A stretch of 63,328 nucleotides of DNA, filler included. It is 8 parts of 8 records of this genome, joined end to end, with 100 filler letters (N's around TTAATTAATTAA, not from the genome) between each part and the next. Parts side by side here need not be neighbours in the genome. Positions count along the whole stretch, not along the records: positions 41,965 to 47,994 come from SRR2962707_3530; positions 48,095 to 58,144 come from SRR2962707_3534; 6 more parts are not named here. One strand, written 5' to 3'. Position 1 is the stretch's first letter, and every line of letters starts with the position of its first letter. The translations under genes and the position numbers were made by a program. A model generated the notes under the pieces. The model was not told where the DNA came from. It saw nothing but the letters and a program-made list of their open reading frames with translations, and did not search any database. Shown here one piece after another: positions 47,649 through 58,244 of this stretch.

Positions 47649-47994
47649 ATGAATCTTACACGCTTGCAGGCGGACAAGAAAAGCGATGACGGAGGCACCG
47701 AAAGAGGCACATCCGTCATCACCCGGACAAAGCCGCAGGTCAAAAAACCCAGCATGTACAGGGTCCTGCTGCTTAACGACGACTACACCCCGATGGAATT
47801 TGTGATTCATGTGCTTGAACGCTTTTTCCAGAAGGACCGCGAGCAGGCGACCAGAATCATGCTGCACGTCCACAATCACGGCGTCGGTGAGTGCGGTGTA
47901 TTCACCTACGAAGTGGCTGAAACCAAGGTGACCCAGGTCATGGATTGTGCACGCGAAAATCATCATCCGCTGCAATGCGTGATGGAAAAGAAAT
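47649..47994 (+). CDS. clpS: ATP-dependent Clp protease adaptor ClpS (stop codon cut by contig edge)
   Basis: [54 protein letters not shown]. Confidence 0.96.
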
Positions 47995-48094
47995 NNNNNN
48001 NNNNNNNNNNNNNNNNNNNNNNNNNNNNNNNNNNNNNNTTAATTAATTAANNNNNNNNNNNNNNNNNNNNNNNNNNNNNNNNNNNNNNNNNNNN
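47995..48094. other. Artificial contig spacer
   Basis: N-run + TTAATTAATTAA + N-run. Confidence 0.99.
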
Positions 48095-48095
48095 C

Positions 48096-50405
48096 AAAGA
48101 ATGGACCTATGAAAATATTGCCACTATGCGTGGCCAGCTTAAAACCATGGGGCTTTCACTCGATTGGTCTCGCGAATTTGCAACCTGCGATGTGGAATAT
48201 TACCACCGTCAGCAAATGCTATTCTTAGATTTTCTTGCCGCTGATCTTATCGGCCGCAAAACATCTAAAGTGAATTGGGATCCAGAGGACAATACGGTTC
48301 TTGCCAATGAACAGGTGATCGATGGTCGTGGTTGGCGCTCAGGCGCTTTGGTCGAGCAGCGCGAATTAGCACAGTGGGTCTTTAAAATCACGGACTATGC
48401 GCAAGAACTGCTTGATGCCCTCGATGATCTTGATCAATGGCCTGAAAAAGTGCGCACCATGCAGCGCAATTGGATTGGCAAATCACGCGGTTTGCAAATG
48501 GCATTTCAGTTGACTGAAGCGCAAGACGATATCGCGCAAATCGAAGTCTATACGACACGTCCTGACACTTTGGCAGGCGCGAGCTTTATAGGCATTGCGC
48601 CAGAACATCCATTGGCCAAGAAACTAGCCACTAATAATCCAGAATTGGCAGAGTTCAATGTCGATGTTCGTCGTTCAGGCACATCTGAAGAAGCGATGGA
48701 AAAAGCTGAGAAACGTGGCTTTGATACGGGTTTAACTGTTCAGCATCCGCTTTACGCAAATCAAACGCTTCCGGTTTGGGTCGCGAACTTTATTTTGATG
48801 GATTACGGCACTGGTGCAGTCTTTGGCTCTGCAGCGCACGATCAGCGCGATCTTGAATTTGCAAAAAAATATAATTTGCCAATCATTGATACATTTTTTG
48901 CGCTTGATAATGATACTCCGGTCAGCGACACAGCCTTTTTGCCACCAAAAACAGAACAAGTGCGCTGGGTCAATCAACCTGCGGGTCTCGAAATTGCTAC
49001 GGGCGAAGAAGCCATTGAAGCTACGATTGACTGGGCAGAAGCAAAGGGCCTCGGTAAAGCCCATGAGCAGTTCCGCTTGCGTGACTGGGGTATTTCTCGC
49101 CAGCGCTATTGGGGCTGTCCAATCCCGATCATCCACTGTGAAACATGCGGTACGGTTCCGGTTCCAAAAAAGGATCTTCCGGTCAAATTGCCAGATGACA
49201 TTACATTCGATTTGCCAGGCAATCCGCTTGATCGCCATGAGGGCTTCGTGAATGTCGCCTGTCCGTCATGTGGTGGCGCGGCCAAACGTGAAACAGACAC
49301 GATGGATACGTTTGTCGATTCGTCATGGTATTTTGCGCGCTTTACAGCGCCGGATAGCAATGAACCTACCATTCCAGCAATCGCCAACAAATGGCTTCCT
49401 GTCGATCAATATATCGGTGGCATCGAACATGCGATTTTGCATCTGCTTTATTCGCGGTTCTTTACCCGCGCGATGCAAAAGACGGGTCATTTAGACGTCA
49501 AAGAACCATTTAAAGGCCTCTTTACGCAGGGCATGGTTGTCCATGAGACCTATAAGGGCAAAGACGGCTGGATCACGCCTGCTGAGATTAAAATTGAGGA
49601 TGTCGACGGCGTTCGCCGCGCAACCGAATTAGAAACCGGCGCGGAAGTTGAAATCGGCGCGATTGAGAAAATGTCAAAATCGAAGAAAAATGTCGTCGAC
49701 CCTGACGATATCATTGCTTCCTATGGTGCAGACACAGCCCGTTGGTTCATGCTTTCGGATTCGCCGCCTGAGCGCGACGTTATCTGGACTGAGTCTGGCG
49801 TTGAAGGCGCGCACCGCCTTGTTCAGCGCATTTGGCGCCTTGTCATGGGCGCGGCGGAGCAATTATCTTCTATCGAGCCTGCCTCTGGGCAGACCGGCGA
49901 TGCGCTGGCCATTTCTAAAGCAGCTCATAAAACGCTTCAAGGCGTAGGTGGAGACATTGAGAAACTTGCATTCAACAAAGCCGTTGCCCGCCTCTACGAT
50001 CTAATCAATCAATTGGCATCGCCTTTAACCGCAGTTGCTGATGGCAAAGCCGATTCAGAAACGAGAGCCGCGGCTAAAGAAGCGGTGAATATTTTGTTGA
50101 TTATGATTGCGCCGATGATGCCGCATTTGGCGGAAGAAATTTGGAACCAGCTTGGCAATGACAATTTGATTGCTGAAGCTTCATGGCCCGTTTTTGATGC
50201 AAAATTGGTAACAGATGATGAAGTCATGCTACCGGTACAAATTAATGGCAAAAAACGCGGTGAGGTTACAGTTTCAAAATCTGCTACACCTGCAGAGATA
50301 GAAGCGATTGTTCTGGCCTTGGATTTTGTTGAAAGCCAATTGCAAGGTAATGCACCTAAAAAAGTAATAGTGGTGCCAAATCGTATTGTTAATATAGTGG
50401 CCTAA
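48096..50405 (+). CDS. leuS: Leucine--tRNA ligase, 5'-truncated by contig edge
   Basis: [68 protein letters not shown]. Confidence 0.98.
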   Translation, partial: KEWTYENIATMRGQLKTMGLSLDWSREFATCDVEYYHRQQMLFLDFLAADLIGRKTSKVNWDPEDNTVLANEQVIDGRGWRSGALVEQRELAQWVFKITDYAQELLDALDDLDQWPEKVRTMQRNWIGKSRGLQMAFQLTEAQDDIAQIEVYTTRPDTLAGASFIGIAPEHPLAKKLATNNPELAEFNVDVRRSGTSEEAMEKAEKRGFDTGLTVQHPLYANQTLPVWVANFILMDYGTGAVFGSAAHDQRDLEFAKKYNLPIIDTFFALDNDTPVSDTAFLPPKTEQVRWVNQPAGLEIATGEEAIEATIDWAEAKGLGKAHEQFRLRDWGISRQRYWGCPIPIIHCETCGTVPVPKKDLPVKLPDDITFDLPGNPLDRHEGFVNVACPSCGGAAKRETDTMDTFVDSSWYFARFTAPDSNEPTIPAIANKWLPVDQYIGGIEHAILHLLYSRFFTRAMQKTGHLDVKEPFKGLFTQGMVVHETYKGKDGWITPAEIKIEDVDGVRRATELETGAEVEIGAIEKMSKSKKNVVDPDDIIASYGADTARWFMLSDSPPERDVIWTESGVEGAHRLVQRIWRLVMGAAEQLSSIEPASGQTGDALAISKAAHKTLQGVGGDIEKLAFNKAVARLYDLINQLASPLTAVADGKADSETRAAAKEAVNILLIMIAPMMPHLAEEIWNQLGNDNLIAEASWPVFDAKLVTDDEVMLPVQINGKKRGEVTVSKSATPAEIEAIVLALDFVESQLQGNAPKKVIVVPNRIVNIVA

Positions 50406-50423
50406 CACCACGCAGGAGTTTTC

Positions 50424-50924
50424 ATGATCAGCCGATTCGCATTTTATGCTTCGATTTGCCTCTTGCTAGGGGTTACTGGATGCACCGTTAAGCCACTTTA
50501 TTCCGGCACCGGAACGGTTCAAAACGTAAGCGTAACGGAAGCAACAAACCGCGTAGGCCAACAAGTGAGGAATCGTCTGTTATTCCTGCTCAATGGCAGC
50601 GGTGCAACGCCTGCTAATCCTGAATATGAAGCTAAAATTTCAGTTTCATCCAGTGCAGCTGGCGTTTTGAAAGCAACTTCGGACGATTTAGACAACACAA
50701 GCATCTCACTTAGCCGTATGAATATTTCCGGCTCTGTCACAATCACCAAAGTTGGCGAAGATGAAGTCCTTGCCTCTTATAAGCGCGTTAAAACAGCGTC
50801 CTATGATCAAAGTTCGCAAGGTTTCGCCAATAATCGCGCACGTATCGATGCGGAAAATCGGGCTGCAGCTGAACTTGCCGAAGAGTTTAATGTCCTAATC
50901 ACCAGTTTTTTAAAAGGACGTTAG
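50424..50924 (+). CDS. lptE: LPS assembly lipoprotein LptE
   Basis: Lipobox VTGC-TVKPLY; RARIDAENRAA; position between leuS and holA. Confidence 0.85.
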   Translation: MISRFAFYASICLLLGVTGCTVKPLYSGTGTVQNVSVTEATNRVGQQVRNRLLFLLNGSGATPANPEYEAKISVSSSAAGVLKATSDDLDNTSISLSRMNISGSVTITKVGEDEVLASYKRVKTASYDQSSQGFANNRARIDAENRAAAELAEEFNVLITSFLKGR

Positions 50925-50930
50925 AATTTA

Positions 50931-51968
50931 GTGGCTCAACTTAAAGGCGGTGAAGTCGACCGGTATATTGCAAAGCCAAATTTCACCACACCGGTGCATT
51001 TGATCTACGGCCCCGATCGAGGGTCCGTCAATGAACGAGCCAATAAATTAGCCGCAGCCTCCAAAGTAGATTTAAGCGACCCCTTCTCTACCATAAAACT
51101 AGATAGTGATAATCTAAGCAGCGATCCAGATCGTCTTATGAATGAGGCTTATACCGTTTCCATGTTTGGCGGCGAACGGCTAATTTGGCTACGCGGTGTT
51201 GGAAATGACGCCTCGCTCATAAAACAATTAGAACAGCTGTTAAAAGATCCGCCTTCAGGCACGCACACAATCCTGGAAGCAGGTGATCTCAAAAAGGGAT
51301 CGAAGCTGCGCGATCTCATCGAGCGCTCAAAAAATGGTCTGGCGATTCCATGCTATGCAGATAATGCGCGTGATGTCGCCGCATTGCTCGATCAAGCGCT
51401 TTCAGAAAACAAAATGATGATGAGTATGGATGCGCGCCAATTCTTGCTCACCCAATTGGGCGGCGACCGTATCGCTTCTCGCGCTGAAATTGATAAATTG
51501 TGTCTGTATGCGCTTGGGCAAAAAGAGATCACATTAAATGATGTCCAGGCGATCATTGGCGATACATCGGCGCTGAATTTCGATGCTGTATCTGACGCGA
51601 TCATCACCGGCAATTTATCTGCATTTGACAAGGCAATTGCAAAATTCACCATGTCTGGTGGGTCAAACCACCAGCTTTTCGCGACCATTATTCGGCAATT
51701 CCAAAGTCTGGATAAGATGCGCGGCCAAATGGAAAAAGATGGCAAAAACGCAAGCGCTGCGGTGAATGGCGCGCGGCCGCCAATATTCTTTGCGCGCAAA
51801 CAGGCAGTAGAAACTGCGCTCAACAAATGGTCAACAAAAGCAATTCGAGCGGCTCACGAGCGCCTTCAAACAGCCTTGCTTGAATCGCGAAAAAACAGTG
51901 AAATTAGCAATGAAATTGCCTATATGGCGCTGCTTGGACTAGTCGTCCAAGCCTCACGCCGCCGTTAA
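50931..51968 (+). CDS. holA: DNA polymerase III subunit delta
   Basis: LIYGPDRG; SMFGGERL; LEAGDLKKGSKLR; IPCYAD; LGGDRIASRAEIDKLCLY; RPPIFF. Confidence 0.95.
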   Translation: MAQLKGGEVDRYIAKPNFTTPVHLIYGPDRGSVNERANKLAAASKVDLSDPFSTIKLDSDNLSSDPDRLMNEAYTVSMFGGERLIWLRGVGNDASLIKQLEQLLKDPPSGTHTILEAGDLKKGSKLRDLIERSKNGLAIPCYADNARDVAALLDQALSENKMMMSMDARQFLLTQLGGDRIASRAEIDKLCLYALGQKEITLNDVQAIIGDTSALNFDAVSDAIITGNLSAFDKAIAKFTMSGGSNHQLFATIIRQFQSLDKMRGQMEKDGKNASAAVNGARPPIFFARKQAVETALNKWSTKAIRAAHERLQTALLESRKNSEISNEIAYMALLGLVVQASRRR

Positions 51969-51970
51969 AT

Positions 51971-52861
51971 TTACTGCTTTTGCAATAAACGGCAAATTGC
52001 ATCCAATTGGTCTAACGACTGGTAATTGATTTTCATAAATCCACCATTACCCTCATCGCTAATCTCGATGAGAAAACCTGTCGCGTCACTAAGCGTTTTT
52101 TCCAGCGCCATTGTATCAGCATCTTTAGATGGCTTTTGTTTTGTGGCAGTTTTTGGTTTCGAACTCGTCATATTATCATTCTGAGCCAATAATTCGGCCT
52201 GACGAACAGACAAACCTTCGCTTACAATTTTCTTCGCGAGCGCTTCTGGGTCCGTAGCCGTCACAACAGTACGCGCATGTCCAGCTGACAGCGATCCCTC
52301 ACTCACTAAGGTTTGCACAGACTTAGGCAGTTTTAATAGGCGCAGCGTATTTGCTACATGGCTTCGGCTTTTGCCAATCACTTCACCGAGATCAGCCTGC
52401 GTATAACCATGCTCATCCATCAATTGTTGATAGCCCAAGCCCTCTTCAATGGCATTTAGATCCGCGCGCTGCACGTTCTCGATAATAGCCAATTCAAGCG
52501 CGACTTTATCATCTACATTGCGGATGATGACGGGGACTTCTTTAAGCCCAGCTTTTTGGGATGCACGCCAACGGCGCTCGCCGGCGATGATCTCATGCAA
52601 GCCCTCATCATTGCCAGCAACAGGGCGAACGACGATAGGTTGAATAATGCCATGTTCTTTAATCGAATGCGCAAGCTCATCAATTTCTTGCTCTGCGAAA
52701 TGACGACGCGGATTATTCGCATTGCGGATCACCAATTCAATCGGCATGACACGGTCACCAGAAACTGGCTTAACATCCGCTGATGGCGTTGGCTGATCCA
52801 TCTCACCAATTAATGCGGCAAGGCCTCGTCCCAAACGTTTTCTAGATGCGTCATCAGCCAT
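51971..52861 (-). CDS. parB: Chromosome partitioning protein ParB
   Basis: RLGRGLAAL; NPRRHF; IIAGERRWRA; IIENVQRADLN; HTH GKSRSHVANTLRLL. Confidence 0.97.
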   Translation of the reverse strand: MADDASRKRLGRGLAALIGEMDQPTPSADVKPVSGDRVMPIELVIRNANNPRRHFAEQEIDELAHSIKEHGIIQPIVVRPVAGNDEGLHEIIAGERRWRASQKAGLKEVPVIIRNVDDKVALELAIIENVQRADLNAIEEGLGYQQLMDEHGYTQADLGEVIGKSRSHVANTLRLLKLPKSVQTLVSEGSLSAGHARTVVTATDPEALAKKIVSEGLSVRQAELLAQNDNMTSSKPKTATKQKPSKDADTMALEKTLSDATGFLIEISDEGNGGFMKINYQSLDQLDAICRLLQKQ

Positions 52862-52894
52862 TTTAAATCACCTATCTTTGTTCTTATGTTTGAT

Positions 52895-53704
52895 TCATTT
52901 CGGTTTAGAATCAATTATTTTTTTAACTTTGCGTTCTCTTTGAATAACTTCTGAGGCCAAATTCAAATAGGCTTGGCTGCCAGAACATTCCAAATCGTAT
53001 AAAATTGCAGGCTTGCCGTAGGATGGAGCTTCGGACAAACGCACATTACGCGGGATAACCGTTTTGTACACCTTATCGCCCATATAGGCGCGCACATCAT
53101 CAACAACTTGATTCGCAAGATTATTGCGGCGATCATACATCGTCAAAACGATGCCTTGAATATTAAGGTTCTGATTCACGGAGGATCGCACCTGCTCAAC
53201 GGTTTTGAGAAGCTGGCTTAAGCCCTCAAGGGCAAAAAACTCGCATTGTAGCGGCACAAGCAAAGAATCGGCTGCAGCCATGGCGTTCAAAGTCAGCAAA
53301 TTCAACGATGGTGGGCAGTCAATAATCACATAGGAATACTTATCTTGCGCTTCTTTAAGCGCTTTCTTTAATCGATAGACACGATCTTCCTTCGACGAAA
53401 TCTCCATCTCGATGCCGAGCAAATCCATCGTTGAAGCCACAATTGAAAGATTTGGCACAGCGGTAGGGATAGCTGCCTCCTCAATTGTCGCTTCGCGCAA
53501 CAACACCTCGTACGAGGAAATGTCACGGTCTTCGCGATCAATACCTAGACCGGTACTCGCATTGCCTTGCGGATCTACATCGACAATGAGAACTGTTTCA
53601 CCAATAGCAGCCAATGCCGTGGCAAGATTGATAGCAGTCGTCGTTTTACCAACGCCACCTTTTTGGTTGGCAATCGTGATAACCCGAGTGGCCTTCGCCA
53701 TCAC
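52895..53704 (-). CDS. parA: Chromosome partitioning ATPase ParA
   Basis: NQKGGVGKTT; DPQGNAS; IDCPPSL; PLQCEFFALEG; IPRNVRLSEAPSYG. Confidence 0.97.
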   Translation of the reverse strand: MMAKATRVITIANQKGGVGKTTTAINLATALAAIGETVLIVDVDPQGNASTGLGIDREDRDISSYEVLLREATIEEAAIPTAVPNLSIVASTMDLLGIEMEISSKEDRVYRLKKALKEAQDKYSYVIIDCPPSLNLLTLNAMAAADSLLVPLQCEFFALEGLSQLLKTVEQVRSSVNQNLNIQGIVLTMYDRRNNLANQVVDDVRAYMGDKVYKTVIPRNVRLSEAPSYGKPAILYDLECSGSQAYLNLASEVIQRERKVKKIIDSKPK

Positions 53705-53715
53705 TCTATCTCCAT

Positions 53716-54357
53716 CTAATTTAGATCATTTCGAGGGCGAAGATGCGACACTTCCAATATGACAGAGTCGGCATCAATAACGCTTTTATGTACTATCAAA
53801 TCAAAGTCCCAATTGGCATGGGCTTCTTCGATTTCTTGCAAATATCCACGTCCTTTATGAAACAGGCCGATTGTATCCTTAGAAAGATATAACTGTGTGA
53901 GGTCACACAATTTATCAAGCGAAGCCAATGCCCGCGCTGTAATAAACTCAGGGGCTTCCAAATTGGGCAATACATCTTCAATGCGCTGTGAATGAATTTG
54001 CGCACGCTTGGCACAGCTCGTTTTAGCAGCCGATAAAAAAGCCGTTTTCTTGCGATTGCTTTCGACCAAATGTACGGCGCTATCGGGCGTGTCTTCCAAC
54101 ATGATCGCCAGAATAATTCCGGGAAACCCGCCACCAGAACCGAGATCAACTACATGGCGCATGTCAGGTTTGATCAATAATAGTTGCGCACTATCTTCAA
54201 CGTGACGTCGCCAAGTTTCACCGGTTGTCGATGCCGCTACGAGATTGATCCGCTTAGACCATTGTTGGAAAATGGTTTCAAACGTCTCCAAGCGCGCCAT
54301 TGTTTCACGTGAAACATTTAAAGCGCCGCTAAGTAGATTTATATTGCTGATAGACAT
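53716..54357 (-). CDS. rsmG: 16S rRNA m7G527 methyltransferase RsmG (GidB)
   Basis: WSKRINLV; RHVEDS; DLGSGGGFPG; VESNRKKTAFL; TARALA. ATG 54357 follows the mnmG stop. Confidence 0.95.
   Translation of the reverse strand: MSISNINLLSGALNVSRETMARLETFETIFQQWSKRINLVAASTTGETWRRHVEDSAQLLLIKPDMRHVVDLGSGGGFPGIILAIMLEDTPDSAVHLVESNRKKTAFLSAAKTSCAKRAQIHSQRIEDVLPNLEAPEFITARALASLDKLCDLTQLYLSKDTIGLFHKGRGYLQEIEEAHANWDFDLIVHKSVIDADSVILEVSHLRPRNDLN
54301..54316. promoter_or_regulatory. parS site inside rsmG
   Basis: Perfect TGTTTCACGTGAAACA, encoding the NVSRET peptide. Confidence 0.92.
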
Positions 54358-54364
54358 TTTTGAC

Positions 54365-56230
54365 TCAAGCTGCATTACGCTGAACACGGCGTATCTGTGC
54401 GATAATGAGCGCAATGCCAGCCGGCGTCATACCTTCTATCTTCTGAGCATCTGCGATATTGGCTGGCTTACGTGACGACAATTTATTGCGCAGTTCGTTT
54501 GATAGACCAGGGATCGAACCAAACTCAACATCTGACGGAATGAGCAAGTTCTCATCACGTCTCACAGATTCTATGTCAGCCTTCTGCCTATCGAGATAAA
54601 CCGCATAATGCGCTTCAATGCCCAGACGCTCTAAAGTATCAGCACTAAACTGCCCTAATTCAGGCCAAACACGTTTAACATCATCCAATTGAATATTTGC
54701 ATAAGACAACAAATCATAAGCGCTGCGGCGGACGCCATCCCTATTAAGCTCAATACCAAAAGCTGCAGCTTCTTGCGGCGTTACTTTATTGCCTTGAGCA
54801 TAATCTCGCGCTGCATCGAGTTCAGCAGATACGGCGCCGAAATGGCGAGCCCGCTCAACGCTGAGCAAACCAGCTTCTGCAGCAATGGGAGTCAAACGCA
54901 TATCAGCATTATCAACGCGCAAAGAAAGACGATACTCTGCGCGCGATGTAAACATACGATACGGTTCACTGACACCGCGCGATGTTAAGTCATCTATCAT
55001 CACGCCGATATATGAATTTGTACGGCTAAAATGAATAGGCTCTTGATCGCCCGCAAAACGCGCAGCGTTCAACCCCGCGACAAGGCCCTGCGCGCCCGCT
55101 TCTTCATAGCCTGTCGTACCATTAATCTGTCCCGCCAAATAGAGACCAGGTCGACCTTTCAAGGCCAATGACATATCCAAGGCCTTTGGGTCTACGTGAT
55201 CATATTCGATCGCATATCCAGGCTGAAGTATCGTTGCGTTCTCCAAGCCTGGAATTGTTTTCATGATTGCGTGCTGAACATCCTCAGGCAGAGATGTCGA
55301 AATACCATTCGGGTAAACCGTATCGTCATCCAAACCTTCTGGTTCTAGAAAAATTTGGTGCCCGTCGCGATCACCGAACTTCACAATCTTATCCTCAATA
55401 GATGGACAATAACGCGGGCCAACGCCGCTAATATTGCCGGAATACATAGCAGATCGATTAAGGTTCTCGCGGATAACGTCATGGGTTGCTGGCGTTGTGC
55501 GCGTAATACCGCACTCAATTTGAGGCACAGTAATTTTATCGGTCATCGTCGAAAACGGCACCAGCTCATCATCAGCCTTCTGCATATCCAAAATTGACCA
55601 ATTAATCGTCTTTCCATCTAGACGTGGCGGCGTACCCGTTTTCAAACGACCAAGTGGAACCCCGAAAGACGAAAGGCGATCAGCCAGCAAAGTGCTTGGA
55701 TTTTCGCCCATACGACCGGCTGGAAAACGACGGTCCCCGATATGAATGAGTCCACGCAAAAAAGTGCCTGTCGTCAAAACAACAGCGCGGCACGCTATTG
55801 CTTCGCCGCTATTCAAAACAACACCAGAAATAGAACCATCGGCGTCTAACGATAAATCGACGACTTCACCTTCGAGCACGCTCAGGCTTTCAGTGTTGCT
55901 AATCTCTTCCTGCATTGCCAGACGGTATAGTTTACGGTCTGCCTGTGTACGAGGTCCGCGAACAGCTGGGCCTTTTTTTCGATTGAGCATACGAAATTGA
56001 ATGCCGGCGCGGTCAGTGACACGCGACATTAAACCATCCAAAGCGTCTATCTCGCGAACGAGATGTCCCTTGCCTAAACCGCCTATCGCTGGGTTACACG
56101 ACATAACGCCGATTGTATCAAAGGAGAAAGTGGCCAATGCTGTCTTAGCGCCGACAGCCGCACTTGCGCGCGCAGCTTCGCAGCCAGCGTGTCCACCACC
56201 AATAACAATGACATCAAAAACTTTAGACAT
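54365..56230 (-). CDS. mnmG: tRNA U34 5-carboxymethylaminomethyl modification enzyme MnmG (GidA)
   Basis: [69 protein letters not shown]. Confidence 0.98.
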   Translation of the reverse strand: MSKVFDVIVIGGGHAGCEAARASAAVGAKTALATFSFDTIGVMSCNPAIGGLGKGHLVREIDALDGLMSRVTDRAGIQFRMLNRKKGPAVRGPRTQADRKLYRLAMQEEISNTESLSVLEGEVVDLSLDADGSISGVVLNSGEAIACRAVVLTTGTFLRGLIHIGDRRFPAGRMGENPSTLLADRLSSFGVPLGRLKTGTPPRLDGKTINWSILDMQKADDELVPFSTMTDKITVPQIECGITRTTPATHDVIRENLNRSAMYSGNISGVGPRYCPSIEDKIVKFGDRDGHQIFLEPEGLDDDTVYPNGISTSLPEDVQHAIMKTIPGLENATILQPGYAIEYDHVDPKALDMSLALKGRPGLYLAGQINGTTGYEEAGAQGLVAGLNAARFAGDQEPIHFSRTNSYIGVMIDDLTSRGVSEPYRMFTSRAEYRLSLRVDNADMRLTPIAAEAGLLSVERARHFGAVSAELDAARDYAQGNKVTPQEAAAFGIELNRDGVRRSAYDLLSYANIQLDDVKRVWPELGQFSADTLERLGIEAHYAVYLDRQKADIESVRRDENLLIPSDVEFGSIPGLSNELRNKLSSRKPANIADAQKIEGMTPAGIALIIAQIRRVQRNAA

Positions 56231-56293
56231 GAAAATCTCTTATGCTGAGGGGCCTTCAATGACTCCCTCTCTACTATACGTCAAGTAAGATTG

Positions 56294-56395
56294 TGTTTCA
56301 CGTGAAACAATAATGATAACGCGCGTCGAATTTCTATAAAATGTTTCACGTGAATCATTTGTTCAAAATACAGTCAGAGTGTTTCACGTGAATCA
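56294..56395. promoter_or_regulatory. Cluster of three parS sites
   Basis: TGTTTCACGTGAAACA at 56294-56309; TGTTTCACGTGAATCA at 56342-56357 and 56380-56395. Confidence 0.92.
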
Positions 56396-57691
56396 TTTGC
56401 CAATACAAAAAGATGAAAAAATACGACCGAGAACATCTTCCACATTATGCTGACCGGTAATCAAGCCAAGTGAGTGGGCGGCAGCTCTCAAGTGCTCGGC
56501 ACGTAATTCCAGTTCTGTGGATGCAACGAGCGAGCCATCAAGGTGACGAACACATTCTTTTAAATGCTCGATGTAACGAAGTCGCAGCGCATTGCCTGCC
56601 AGCGAGCCATCCATCTTATCATTAATCGTGTGCGTCAGGTGCTTAAAGAAATGCGTAAACAAATCCTGATCGTTGACGCTAACGCCGATGACGCCATCTG
56701 GCATATCACGGGCTATATCCATCTTACTCGCTACTTTTATAATCTCGACGCCGCCATCAATTTCCAACTCTGGCCAAATATCCTGATCACTTAACAACAA
56801 TATCAAATCAGAGTTTCTAGCAGCTTCTATGGAGCGCCTAATGCCCTCAGCCTCAACAGCGCCTGCTCCCTCACGAATACCCGCGGTGTCACTTAGCAAA
56901 ACCAGGAAGCCACCAAGATCGAGACGGACCTCGACAACGTCACGCGTGGTCCCTGCTTCAGTAGAGACGATGGCACGGTCACTACCGGCCAATGCATTCA
57001 ACAAACTTGATTTGCCAGCATTTGGCGGACCTATCAGACTGATGCGAAAACCATCGCGCACGCGTTCAGAGCGATCATAAGATGCTAAATGCGCCTTTAT
57101 TCGATACGCAAGCGAATCGATTTCTTCCCAAACCTGATCTGCCACGGATCCGGGCACATCGTCCTCATCGGCAAAATCAATATCAGCTTCGATAAGCGCC
57201 CGTGCATTCAGCAACTCGTCTTGCCAAGCATTATACAAATCACGCAAACCACCAGAAGCCAAATATTGAGCAACTTTACGCTGCGCCTCGGTTTCAGCAT
57301 CAATAAGATCGGCAAGCCCTTCCGCCTCCGTCAGATCAATTTTGCCATTGGAAAAGGCGCGGCGTGCAAACTCGCCAGGTTCGGCAATTCGAATGCCAGC
57401 AATTGAAGTCGCAATATCGAGAAGTTTTGCAACAACAGCCCTGCTGCCATGCAGCTGCAGCTCAAGGACATCTTCGCCAGTAAAACTATTTGGAGCGGGA
57501 AACCAAAGCGCTAAGCCTTGGTCAATTACACTACCATCTGCATCTATGACTGAAACAAACTGCGCAATGCGCGGTTGAACTTTTGTTTGAACAACCTGCT
57601 CAAGAAAGCTCTCCGATTGAGGGCCCGAAATGCGAATAATTGCGACCCCAGAAGGAACCGCTCCGCTTGAAAGCGCAATGATCGTATCCAC
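56393..57691 (-). CDS. mnmE: tRNA modification GTPase MnmE (TrmE)
   Basis: DTIIALSSG; PNSFTGED; GPPNAGKSSL; GTTRD; DTAGIR; C-terminal FCIGK. Confidence 0.98.
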   Translation of the reverse strand: MDTIIALSSGAVPSGVAIIRISGPQSESFLEQVVQTKVQPRIAQFVSVIDADGSVIDQGLALWFPAPNSFTGEDVLELQLHGSRAVVAKLLDIATSIAGIRIAEPGEFARRAFSNGKIDLTEAEGLADLIDAETEAQRKVAQYLASGGLRDLYNAWQDELLNARALIEADIDFADEDDVPGSVADQVWEEIDSLAYRIKAHLASYDRSERVRDGFRISLIGPPNAGKSSLLNALAGSDRAIVSTEAGTTRDVVEVRLDLGGFLVLLSDTAGIREGAGAVEAEGIRRSIEAARNSDLILLLSDQDIWPELEIDGGVEIIKVASKMDIARDMPDGVIGVSVNDQDLFTHFFKHLTHTINDKMDGSLAGNALRLRYIEHLKECVRHLDGSLVASTELELRAEHLRAAAHSLGLITGQHNVEDVLGRIFSSFCIGK

Positions 57692-57720
57692 TGGCTATCC
57701 CTTCAATTTAGGGGTTGTTT

Positions 57721-57782
57721 CGGAGTCGAATCAGAATCTTCTGGTTTTTGGTACCAAGACCGTCAGATTCGTTTCATCTCCG
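57721..57782. repeat. ~62-bp imperfect palindrome between rho and mnmE
   Basis: Nested arms CGGAG/CTCCG, GAATCT/AGATTC, GGT.TTGG/CCAAGACC centred on GGTACC. Confidence 0.7.
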
Positions 57783-57789
57783 AATCAAA

Positions 57790-58143
57790 TCAAGCGTTCA
57801 TAGAATCAAAGAATTCAGCATTGTTTTTCGTTTGCTTCAATTTATCGATTAAAAACTCGATAGCATCAGTTGTGCCCATAGGCGCAAGGATACGGCGTAG
57901 GACAAAGATTTTCTGCAAGTCTTGACGTTCGATAAGCAGATCTTCCTTACGTGTACCAGATTTAAGAATATCCATAGCTGGGAAGATACGCTTGTCAGCA
58001 ACCTTGCGATCAAGAACAATCTCAGAGTTACCCGTACCTTTGAACTCTTCAAAGATAACCTCATCCATACGCGAACCTGTATCGATCAAAGCAGTCGCAA
58101 TAATCGTAAGCGATCCACCTTCTTCGATATTACGCGCAGCACC
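57790..58143 (-). CDS. rho: Transcription termination factor Rho, C-terminal part
   Basis: [59 protein letters not shown]. Confidence 0.98.
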   Translation of the reverse strand, partial: GAARNIEEGGSLTIIATALIDTGSRMDEVIFEEFKGTGNSEIVLDRKVADKRIFPAMDILKSGTRKEDLLIERQDLQKIFVLRRILAPMGTTDAIEFLIDKLKQTKNNAEFFDSMNA

Positions 58144-58144
58144 A

Positions 58145-58244
58145 NNNNNNNNNNNNNNNNNNNNNNNNNNNNNNNNNNNNNNNNNNNNTTAATTAATTAA
58201 NNNNNNNNNNNNNNNNNNNNNNNNNNNNNNNNNNNNNNNNNNNN
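58145..58244. other. Artificial contig spacer
   Basis: N-run + TTAATTAATTAA + N-run. Confidence 0.99.
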
